A stretch of DNA of 64,000 bases from Candidatus Aldehydirespirator sp. GTDB taxonomy: Bacteria; Actinomycetota; Acidimicrobiia; Acidimicrobiales; Aldehydirespiratoraceae. Below are positions 26,438-34,452 of this stretch, in pieces. The position numbers and the translations under genes are program-made. Position 1 is the first letter of the stretch. Each line of letters opens with the position of its first letter. A model generated the notes under the pieces. The model did no database searches, was not told where the DNA came from, and worked only from the letters and a program-made list of their open reading frames with translations. The DNA lies in NCBI GenBank assembly GCA_965220345.1, contig OZ244822.1, forward strand, positions 1,980,070 to 2,044,069, in the 5' to 3' direction.

Positions 26438-29400
26438 GTGGTAACGGTGAGTAGCGCTGGGGCTAAGCCGGAGCTGGCGGTCAATCAGCATGGCAGCACT
26501 GTTGCTGACGCGCTCAACGGGTTTATTGGTCATGCCGCTGACGGGTTCGCCCATGATGTGAGCCTTGACATTGCTACTGCCTATTTCAATGTGGGTGGTT
26601 ATTCGCTGCTGGCGGACTCGCTTGACAAGCTGCACAGCGTGCGGTTGTTGCTTGGTGCTGAGCCCGGCCCGCCCGAACAACGAACCCGAGCGTTGCGTAA
26701 AGAGCCAGCCAACTCTGCCCGCGCCCGTTTGCACCGTGTTGGCGGCCTTCTCGCAGAACATGAGCAGGCGATCACAGTTGACCGTGACTTGCTCGGCTTC
26801 ACCCATGAAGCAGATGCATCAGCCCGCCGACTCGTTGAATGGCTGCGCTCAGGCAAAGTGCAGGTTCGTCGCCTCGAAGACCGCTTCTTGCACGGCAAAG
26901 CGTTCGTGGTAGCAACCCACGGCCATGGCGTGGTGTCAGGATCATCGAACTTCACTCGGGCAGGGCTGTCCACCAACCTCGAACTCAACCTGGGCAACTA
27001 CACACCTCACACAGTGTCGGCTGTAGCAGGGTGGTTCGACGAGCTATGGGACGCAGCAGCCGATTACGACCTTGCTGCGTTGTTCGAGCCCCGCTTTGAG
27101 GAGCACTCTCCCCAGCTCATCTATATGCGAATGCTTTGGGAGCGTTACCGTGCCGACCTAGTCGACGAAGACTCTGCCGAAGAACCGCGCTCAACTATCG
27201 AGTTGACATCGTTCCAAAAAGACGGATTATTGCGGGCCCGCAATCTGCTTGAAGAGTTCAACGGGGTGCTGATCGCCGATGAAGTGGGTCTCGGCAAGAC
27301 CTACTTCGCGGGCAAGCTCATCGAAGAGGCTGCAATCGGGCGGCGCCAGAACGTGCTTGTGGTCTGTCCGGCGGCTCTTCGGGACGGCCCTTGGAGAATC
27401 TTCGAGCAGCAATACAACCTGCCGATGACGCTGATCTCATATGAACAACTGCTCGCAGACCCGCAGCTCAACCCAGAGCGTGCCGAGCGAGAAAAAGAAG
27501 CGGGCAGGTTCGTTGAGTCTCATCTGCCCATCAATTACCAAAAATATGCGCTGGTGGTGGTGGACGAAGCACACAATCTCCGCAACCCTTCAACCGAGCG
27601 GGCCGCAGCGCTGCGCCGACTGCTAGCCGGACTGCCGCCCAAGCAGCTGGTTCTGCTAACCGCCACGCCGGTCAACAACAGTTTGATGGACCTCTACCAT
27701 CTGCTCGGATACTTTCTGCGCAACGACGGCATCTTCGCTGCTCAAGGCATCCGCTCGCTGCGTGATCACTTCGAGGAAGCGATGAAGAAAGAACCCGGCA
27801 GCCTGTCACCGCATCACCTATTCGATGTGATCGACACGGTAGCAGTGCGACGCACACGGTCATATGTCAAAAAGCATTACGCCAACGACACGATCCGCGT
27901 TGACGGTATTGATCAGCAGATCGTGTTCCCCACGCCCAAAGTACACAAAGTCACTTACGACATGGATGCAGTTCTGCCAGGCTTCTTCGATGATCTAGCC
28001 GCTGCGATCAATCCCGACACCAACCCCGATCATGATGAGCGAGCTTTGACATTGGCGCGTTATGTGCCGTCAAACTATCTGACAGGCAGCGATCCCGAGT
28101 CTTATGAACTGAAACTTGCCGGGCTGCTTCGCTCCAGCATTTTGAAGCGCTTCGAGTCGTCACCGCACGCCTTCGCGTTGACATGTGAGCGCATGTCGCG
28201 AGGCTGCGAAGCTTTCGCTGAAATCGCTGAGACTCAAAGCAAAGTCGCTACTGGAGGTGCCATAGCCGACTGGGCCAGCACCGACTCTGACGAACTGCAA
28301 GAGATCGACAAATACCGAGATGCATTACTAGAAGGTCTTGAAGATGCCGCAGGTTATGACCTTGCTCGGATGGTATCCCATGCTCGACGCGACCGTGATC
28401 TGCTAGCAGGCTTCGCTGCTAAAGCCCGCACCGTAACCCGTCACAGCGACCCCACGCTGAAAGCTCTCGCTAATGAACTGGCTGAGATTGCTGCACAAGC
28501 CCATGACGAAGGCATCGGTGCTAGTGATGAACGCAACAAACGCAAAGTGCTGGTGTTCTCCTACTTCGCTGACACTGTGGACTGGATCTTTGAATTCTTG
28601 GAAGATCAAGTGCAGAGCGATGACCGCCTTGCTGTTTACCGGGGGCGGATTACGAAGTACAGCGGCTCGGCGACGACAAGGAATCCGGCGGTGGAGTTCG
28701 CTCCCGAGACTGCTGCCGTCGGCGCTGCTGATTCACAAGACCGCTACGACATTTTGGTTGCTACCGACGTGCTCGCGGAAGGTCTCAACCTTCAGCAGGC
28801 TCGCCACATCATCAACTATGACCTGCCGTGGAACCCGATGCGCTTAGTGCAGCGCCATGGACGCATCGACCGTATCGGGTCGAAACATCGAGAAGTGTTC
28901 CTGCGTTGTGTGTTCCCCGATGAGCGTCTTGATGAACTGCTTCGCTTAGAGGAACGGCTTAATCACAAGATCGCTCAGGTGGCGGCTTCGGTAGGTGTGG
29001 GGCAGGTGATTCCAGACCAGAAGCGACAACTCGAACTCAACTTCACTGAGACTCGCGCCGAGATCGAACGCCTGCGCGCCGAGGATGCCACGATCTTCGT
29101 TCAGGCTGGCACAGAACTAGACGCTCAATCCGGCGAAGAGTTCAGAGCCGAACTTCGCCGTGCTCTGCAAGACCCAGATATCGCCCGAACCGTGAAAGGG
29201 TTGCCGTGGGGCACCGGCTCAGGCATGAGCAGTGCTGCTGATGCGGCTGGTTATGTGTTCTGTGTCCGAGTCGGTGACGACCCAAAGCCGCAGTTCCGGT
29301 TCGTGTCTCAGAGCGGAGCGATCACCGACGACACTCTTGAGTGTTTGTGGCGGGCCCGACCGCCAGAGGGTTTCGACACGCCTAGAGTGCTTGCCGATGC

Positions 29401-29791
29401 GACTGCTGCTGGGGTGTTTGATGCTTGGGCTGTGGCTCAGGCCGACATCGTGACCGGCTGGAACTTTTACGCCGACAAAGCCAACCTCGAACCCAGAATC
29501 CCTAAAGCCCTGCGAGATGCCGCGGAAGTGTTGCGGTCGAATCCGCCTGCTGAGTTCACCGATGAGCAGGTCGGATCTTTTGTCAGAGCCTTACAGTCGC
29601 CTTACACAGATCGCATCACTCGACTAGTTCGTGAAGCTCTGCGAAAGGCTGAAACTCCCGCTGACCAAGCTGAAGAAGTGCTGAGAGTCATAGAAGAGCA
29701 AGGCTTGGAGGCTCAGCCGCCGGTGCTGCCGCTGCCGCAGATTACATCAGATGATGTTCATCTGGTCTGCTGGCAAGCCCTCGCTGATTAG
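26438..29791 (+). CDS. PLD-family (single HKD) nuclease domain fused to an SNF2-family helicase, with an uncharacterised ~300-aa C-terminal region
   Basis: The HKD motif is 'LHGKAFVV......GSSNFTRAGL'. SNF2 motif I is 'LIADEVGLGKT', motif II 'VVVDEAHNLRN', motif III 'LLTATPVNNSLMDLYHLL', motif V 'LVATDVLAEGLNLQ' and motif VI 'WNPMRLVQRHGRIDRIGS'. The start is GTG 26438 or 26447. Confidence 0.85.
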   Translation: MVTVSSAGAKPELAVNQHGSTVADALNGFIGHAADGFAHDVSLDIATAYFNVGGYSLLADSLDKLHSVRLLLGAEPGPPEQRTRALRKEPANSARARLHRVGGLLAEHEQAITVDRDLLGFTHEADASARRLVEWLRSGKVQVRRLEDRFLHGKAFVVATHGHGVVSGSSNFTRAGLSTNLELNLGNYTPHTVSAVAGWFDELWDAAADYDLAALFEPRFEEHSPQLIYMRMLWERYRADLVDEDSAEEPRSTIELTSFQKDGLLRARNLLEEFNGVLIADEVGLGKTYFAGKLIEEAAIGRRQNVLVVCPAALRDGPWRIFEQQYNLPMTLISYEQLLADPQLNPERAEREKEAGRFVESHLPINYQKYALVVVDEAHNLRNPSTERAAALRRLLAGLPPKQLVLLTATPVNNSLMDLYHLLGYFLRNDGIFAAQGIRSLRDHFEEAMKKEPGSLSPHHLFDVIDTVAVRRTRSYVKKHYANDTIRVDGIDQQIVFPTPKVHKVTYDMDAVLPGFFDDLAAAINPDTNPDHDERALTLARYVPSNYLTGSDPESYELKLAGLLRSSILKRFESSPHAFALTCERMSRGCEAFAEIAETQSKVATGGAIADWASTDSDELQEIDKYRDALLEGLEDAAGYDLARMVSHARRDRDLLAGFAAKARTVTRHSDPTLKALANELAEIAAQAHDEGIGASDERNKRKVLVFSYFADTVDWIFEFLEDQVQSDDRLAVYRGRITKYSGSATTRNPAVEFAPETAAVGAADSQDRYDILVATDVLAEGLNLQQARHIINYDLPWNPMRLVQRHGRIDRIGSKHREVFLRCVFPDERLDELLRLEERLNHKIAQVAASVGVGQVIPDQKRQLELNFTETRAEIERLRAEDATIFVQAGTELDAQSGEEFRAELRRALQDPDIARTVKGLPWGTGSGMSSAADAAGYVFCVRVGDDPKPQFRFVSQSGAITDDTLECLWRARPPEGFDTPRVLADATAAGVFDAWAVAQADIVTGWNFYADKANLEPRIPKALRDAAEVLRSNPPAEFTDEQVGSFVRALQSPYTDRITRLVREALRKAETPADQAEEVLRVIEEQGLEAQPPVLPLPQITSDDVHLVCWQALAD

Positions 29792-30029
29792 CTAAGCAAG
29801 TTAGTCGCGTGCGTGAGTTGGGCACATGAGTCGGGCAAGTTAGCTGGGCAAGTTAGTCGGGCAACAGTTCGGCTCTCATCTTGAGCCCTTTAGGCTTCTG
29901 AGTTGAAACAACCATCTTGCACAAACGGGTCTCCCTCCCTGAACAATCCAGCAGCACAACAACCCAGCAGTGCAAGACAATCCAGCAGCACATAACAAAG
30001 CACGTAACAAGAGGAGCACAGCGCAAGCC

Positions 30030-30965
30030 ATGACACAAACAGGTCGGAAACTCTTAGCAGCAGTGTTGGCTCTGGTCATGGCTGCTGCAGCCTGCGGAGA
30101 CAACGGCGACTCCAGCAGCGACACGGCTCTTGCTGACACCGTCGAGGCCACTGCAACCTCAGCCGTCTCAGCGGTTGAATCCAGCACTGATACCTCTGAC
30201 AGCGGCCATGACCACGACCATGATCACGGTGAACATCACAACCACGACACCGTGATCGAGATCGCTGAGAGTCTGCCGGTGCCTACCATCACGATCCAGG
30301 TGACTGAAGACCCGGCCTCGGGATGGAACCTCCGAGCCGACGTGACCGACTTTGAGATAGTGCCTGAGAACGCCTCCACAGCACACGTAGACGGCCAAGG
30401 TCACATGCATCTCTACATTAATGGCGAGAAGATTTCACGGCTTTACGGCCAGTGGCATCACATTGATTCGTTGCAGCCCGGTGAGAATCTGATCCGTGTG
30501 GAGCTGTCGGCCAACGATCATTCGCCGATGGCTCTAGATGGCGAGATAATCGACGACTCTGTTGTGGTGCTAGGCCCCGAAGCGGACACTGCTGGCGCTG
30601 CCGACAGCAACCACGACCACGATCACGATGATCATGAGCACGAAGGCCATGATCACGGAACTGCTGGTGAAGCAACCCCCTGGGATGCAGAGTTATCTGA
30701 TGCCGCTCAGACGATTGAGGTCGAGGTGCTAGACGGCGAAACGGTCGGCGGCACGCAGCGAGTCAAAGTCGAGCTTGGGTCGGTGGTGGCGCTGCGGGTT
30801 ACCTCCAACATCAAAGAAGAAGTGCATGTGCATGGATACGACATTCTGCGGGCGCTGGATGACGGTCAGCCCGCACATTTCGCTTTCCGTGCGGACATTC
30901 CCGGCGTGTTCGAAGTGGAGCTAGAAGGATCAGGCCAACTGTTGCGGATGCTGGAAATCTCCTGA
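30030..30965 (+). CDS. Lipoprotein with two His/Asp-rich tracts, a DUF4399-like region and a cupredoxin-like C-domain (putative metal binding)
   Basis: GAGGAG lies 13 nt upstream of ATG 30030. The signal peptide and lipobox read 'LLAAVLALVMAAAACG'. The His/Asp tracts are 'GHDHDHDHGEHHNHD' and 'NHDHDHDDHEHEGHDHG'. 'GQGHMHLYING' and a C-terminal 'VHVHGYD...PGVFEVELE' are also present. Confidence 0.7.
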   Translation: MTQTGRKLLAAVLALVMAAAACGDNGDSSSDTALADTVEATATSAVSAVESSTDTSDSGHDHDHDHGEHHNHDTVIEIAESLPVPTITIQVTEDPASGWNLRADVTDFEIVPENASTAHVDGQGHMHLYINGEKISRLYGQWHHIDSLQPGENLIRVELSANDHSPMALDGEIIDDSVVVLGPEADTAGAADSNHDHDHDDHEHEGHDHGTAGEATPWDAELSDAAQTIEVEVLDGETVGGTQRVKVELGSVVALRVTSNIKEEVHVHGYDILRALDDGQPAHFAFRADIPGVFEVELEGSGQLLRMLEIS

Positions 30966-31029
30966 CAGCGCTGATACGTGAATACAACCAAGAACTACAA
31001 CAGGGAACTCAAAGAGGAATCCGAATGTT

Positions 31030-31539
31030 ATGAGTGACTTTCAGCCGCAAACGCCGCAACTGCTGGCTCACAATGCCGACTATGCACAAGCTTTTGATGC
31101 CGCTGGACTGCCCGCGCCGCCGTCTCGGCGAGTTGCGGTGGTCGCCTGCATGGATGCCCGAATGGATGTCTACAGAATCCTGGGATTGCGTGACGGTGAA
31201 GCGCATGTGATCCGCAACGCTGGGGGAGTGGTAAGCGACGACGCGATCTGTTCTTTATGCATCTCGCAGCGGCTGCTGGGCACACGCGAAGTAGTGTTGA
31301 TACATCACACCAAATGCGGTATGCAGAATCTGGATGAGCAAGGTTTCTTGGCAAGCCTCGAAGCCGAAACCGGGGTACGCCCAAGCTGGAAAGTGCAGGC
31401 TTTCGCTGATCCTTACGAGGACGTGGCTGATTCAATCAAGCGGCTGCAGGACTCACCGTTCTTAGTAGACACAGACCACATTCGAGGTTTTGTCTATGAC
31501 ATCGACGACGGCAGGCTCTACGAAGCGTCGGGCGTTTAA
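31030..31539 (+). CDS. Beta-class carbonic anhydrase (small, Rv1284-like type)
   Basis: The 169-aa ORF has 'VVACMDARMDV' and 'VIRNAGG'. 'LIHHTKCGM' supplies the Cys/His zinc ligands. Confidence 0.85.
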   Translation: MSDFQPQTPQLLAHNADYAQAFDAAGLPAPPSRRVAVVACMDARMDVYRILGLRDGEAHVIRNAGGVVSDDAICSLCISQRLLGTREVVLIHHTKCGMQNLDEQGFLASLEAETGVRPSWKVQAFADPYEDVADSIKRLQDSPFLVDTDHIRGFVYDIDDGRLYEASGV

Positions 31540-31590
31540 TAGAAACATCTCGTCGCTGCCGAAGCTGTCTTGATGGCATCTTGTCGGTGT

Positions 31591-31680
31591 CTTGACGGCG
31601 TTGTAGGGGCGCTTCGATGGCGACCTGACGGCGTTGTAGGGGCGCTTCGATAGCGATCTGTCGGAGCGTTGTAGGGGTGA
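31591..31680. repeat. 33-bp tandem repeat (about 2.7 copies) CTGACGGCGTTGTAGGGGCGCTTCGAT(G/A)GCGA
   Basis: The copies start at 31591, 31624 and 31657 (the last is degenerate). The array is non-coding and lies downstream of the carbonic anhydrase gene. Confidence 0.85.
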
Positions 31681-31970
31681 TTAAAGCACGGTTATAAGGG
31701 CATCCGAGCGGCGCTCCAAACAATCTTGTGGCACAACAGCTTGATGTTGGTTAGAGTGCGCCAGAACATATCGCCGGGCTCTGTGTTGTTAATCGCAGAG
31801 GACTAGGCCCTGGGTTGGAGCGCCCACAGAAGTCTCGGTCAGAGAGTTCGCTTCCGTGGTTGCAGTCACCTGCTGTGATGTGACCGATTGTGCCTGATTC
31901 GGCGTGTGCCTGTTGTTGGTGCGCGCATTTCGCTTACCCCTGCACGGACAAATCCCGTAAGGAGAATCTC

Positions 31971-32642
31971 ATGAAAACAAGTGCCTTAATGGCTGGCACT
32001 CTGCAGATGGCGGCAGCTCTGGTGTTTCATCTGCCCGGTGCTCGGCTTGAGTTGAGCAGCCCCTGTGGTCACGGATGGTCGATCGGGCCGATGACCGATC
32101 CTCGTTGCACGATGCATCCCGCTGAGTTCCGTCAGCTGGTCTTGGCGGCTCCCGATCCGGCGATGCTTGCCAGAATGCTGGGCTTTCGGGGCATCGACCC
32201 ACCGACACTGACGCTCACTTCGTCGGGTGTGGAGACCTGTCACTTAGGAGCAGGGCTCTACCGAGTGGTGGGATGTGAGACCACATCGTTCGCGTTTACC
32301 ACTCCCTTGAGCACTGATCAGGTTGACACAGTGCTGAGCAGGCTCAATACCGCACCGGCACCGCCTTGCGGTGATGTGCCGAGACTCGCTCCAACGGATA
32401 CACAACAAGACACACCAGAAGCCATCCGAAGGGGTGATTGGCCTGAGGGAGCGGTTGCCTTATGCGCCAACTTGGTGCGTGATGAGGGTCTCGGCGCGAC
32501 CCTAGTAGCGATTAGTCCTCTGGCACCAGAGGATCTGCTGCGCTGCGAGGAGATAGCGCAGTCAGCCGTGTCGGCGTGCCTGGTAGAGGAGGTCGAGATG
32601 TTCACCAGCGACGAGATTGTCACCAACTCGGCTAGCACTTAG
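31971..32642 (+). CDS. Hypothetical protein, no recognisable domain
   Basis: AAGGAG lies 7 nt upstream of ATG 31971. The ORF gives 223 aa. The overlapping antisense ORFs have Ser/Arg/Ala-rich antisense-type composition. Confidence 0.5.
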   Translation: MKTSALMAGTLQMAAALVFHLPGARLELSSPCGHGWSIGPMTDPRCTMHPAEFRQLVLAAPDPAMLARMLGFRGIDPPTLTLTSSGVETCHLGAGLYRVVGCETTSFAFTTPLSTDQVDTVLSRLNTAPAPPCGDVPRLAPTDTQQDTPEAIRRGDWPEGAVALCANLVRDEGLGATLVAISPLAPEDLLRCEEIAQSAVSACLVEEVEMFTSDEIVTNSAST

Positions 32643-32794
32643 CGCCTGGCACCTAGTAGCCAGCACTTAGTGGCTGGCACTTAGCGCCTAGCACCAACTC
32701 GGCTAGCACCTGATAGCGCAGCGCGTGCATTTACAGAAGGTTCGCCTCGTAGCGGTTCTCGCAAGGAGGCTTGCAGGTTCTGCAGGATTGCGGC

Positions 32795-33619
32795 TTACGG
32801 CATCCACTTCGGCGGGCGCTTGTTCAAGAAGGCAGCCATGCCTTCTGCCGCTTCAGCCGATGCGAACAGCTCGGACGAGAACTGCTGAGTCCAAGCGCTG
32901 GCATCGTCAAAAGACATTTGCGGCACTCGGTCAAGCAACTGTTTGCAGGCGGCCAAAGCCTCGGGTCCTCCCGCTAGCAGGTCACATACCACGGCATTCA
33001 CTTCGGCATCAAGCTTTTCGGCTGGCACGGCCGAGTTGATCAGGCCCATGTCGGCGGCTTCGCCTGCTGTGAAACGGCTGCCACGCAAAAAAGCTGCGAC
33101 CGCATCAGCGTGACGCATTTTCGGTAGGCAGATCACCGAGATCATGGCAGGAGCCACACCGACGCGGACTTCACTGAAACCGAACTTGGAGTCTTCGCTG
33201 GCGATAGAAATATCAAGAGCCGCAGCTAGTCCCATACCTCCAGCCACGCAATGTCCTGCTATGGCACCCACATAGGGTTTGGGTGAGCGGCGGAAGCGGC
33301 CAAACAGTTCGCTCGCGCCACCCACAAGCGACTGTTCGCCGCTGCCCGAAGCCGCGCCAACCGAAGCCGCGCCAACCGAACTAGTAGCCGACGCTGCTTG
33401 ATGGTTGGTGCTCATCTCGGACAGGTCAGCACCCGCGCAGAACACGCTCCCGGTGTTGGTGAGCACCACCACCCGCACATCTGGATCAGCATCAGCGCTG
33501 TCGAGGGCAGCGTTGAGTTCGCTCAGTAGTGCTCTGCTGAGGGCATTGCGGTTGGCTTCGTCAGCCAGCGTGACCGTGACCACGCCTCGGTCGTCGCGTG
33601 AAACTTTTATCAGGCTCAC
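32795..33619 (-). CDS. Enoyl-CoA hydratase/isomerase (crotonase) family protein
   Basis: 'VVVLTNTGSVFCAGADLSEM' and 'IAGHCVAGGMGLAAALDISIAS' are present. GTG 33619 overlaps the upstream stop as GTGA. An internal ASVGAASVGAAS duplication is visible. Confidence 0.8.
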   Translation of the reverse strand: MSLIKVSRDDRGVVTVTLADEANRNALSRALLSELNAALDSADADPDVRVVVLTNTGSVFCAGADLSEMSTNHQAASATSSVGAASVGAASGSGEQSLVGGASELFGRFRRSPKPYVGAIAGHCVAGGMGLAAALDISIASEDSKFGFSEVRVGVAPAMISVICLPKMRHADAVAAFLRGSRFTAGEAADMGLINSAVPAEKLDAEVNAVVCDLLAGGPEALAACKQLLDRVPQMSFDDASAWTQQFSSELFASAEAAEGMAAFLNKRPPKWMP

Positions 33620-34452
33620 GAACCGGTTCCCGAAACTGGCCCATCGCTGGGCGGGCCAGCGAAAGCTTGCGCTATTGACATCCACTCTCGGGCGTGTTCC
33701 CCGGTGACGACCAGTTCGGTGTCGGCAATGTGGCGGCGTTGCGTTACTACTAGGCAGAAGTCCAAAGCAGTTCCGGTGACCGTGTTGTCTGCTGCGGCAG
33801 TGGTATCACCCCAATGCCAGATTTCGCCGTCGGGAGCGGCTAGTTCCACAACAACGTCACCGTCAGGCGGGGTCAGCCCGCGGTTGAGGTATGACCAGCC
33901 TCTGGTGATGTATCCGAGTTGAGCCACATGACGCAACCGCAGCGATGCAACAAGTGGCACGCCGACAGCTTGACGCACGTCACTGCCGTGAGCCCAGGCT
34001 TCCATTAGCCGAGCAGTCAAAAAAGATTTTGCACCCATTGACGGCCCATACCAGATCACTCGGTCGCGTTCATCAAGCGTGGCTGCAGCCTCCGCCAGAA
34101 CAGACCGGCAATGCCGCCAACGTGCCAACCGCTTCACTGGGTTCATCTCGCGGAACTCTTTTAATGTGAGTTCGTCTAACGGAGATTTGCCCAAAGTGAA
34201 GTCATCGCCCGAGGTTGCATCTGATTGCAGCGCGCTTTTCAGACGCTCAGCTAGCTTCTTGAATTTTTCAGGATCACGGATCGCGGCACTTGCAGCATCA
34301 TCAAAATATGCGAGATGGCCGATCTGGTCGCTAACAGACCAGCCCGGGCTCGCTGTGGGCAGATCCCACTGACTGTCGTCCAATGAAGCCACTACCGCAT
34401 CAAGAGAGGTTTGTTCGTCAAGCAGGTCACGAAGCACTTCAGCGACTTTCAT
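33616..34452 (-). CDS. DinB-like / mycothiol-dependent maleylpyruvate isomerase-type metal-binding protein (TIGR03084-like)
   Basis: The N-terminal region reads 'LLDEQ..LD.VV..L...QW..PT..PGWSV.DQIGHL'. 'EAWAHG.D' is also present. It sits in the conserved position next to carboxylase genes. Confidence 0.6.
   Translation of the reverse strand: MKVAEVLRDLLDEQTSLDAVVASLDDSQWDLPTASPGWSVSDQIGHLAYFDDAASAAIRDPEKFKKLAERLKSALQSDATSGDDFTLGKSPLDELTLKEFREMNPVKRLARWRHCRSVLAEAAATLDERDRVIWYGPSMGAKSFLTARLMEAWAHGSDVRQAVGVPLVASLRLRHVAQLGYITRGWSYLNRGLTPPDGDVVVELAAPDGEIWHWGDTTAAADNTVTGTALDFCLVVTQRRHIADTELVVTGEHAREWMSIAQAFAGPPSDGPVSGTGS

Noticed and set aside
25143-29791. I considered whether this locus is a DISARM or BREX system.
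   Set aside because: Only a C5-methyltransferase and a PLD-SNF2 fusion are present. No DrmA/DrmB (DUF1998), PglX/PglZ/BrxC-type genes or other large helicase genes are adjacent.
29793-29992. Short direct repeats (GGGCAAGTTAG x3, CAATCCAGCAGCACA x2) lie upstream of the His-rich lipoprotein gene.
   Set aside because: They are real in the sequence but short and degenerate. Without comparative data they cannot be distinguished from low-complexity intergenic DNA, so I mention them only as a place to look for a metal-regulator operator.
31436-31723. A 95-aa minus-strand ORF spans the carbonic anhydrase 3' end and the 33-bp repeats.
   Set aside because: It is kept open by the tandem repeat (duplicated IAIEAPLQRRQ), it overlaps a well-supported gene, and it has Arg-rich antisense-like composition.
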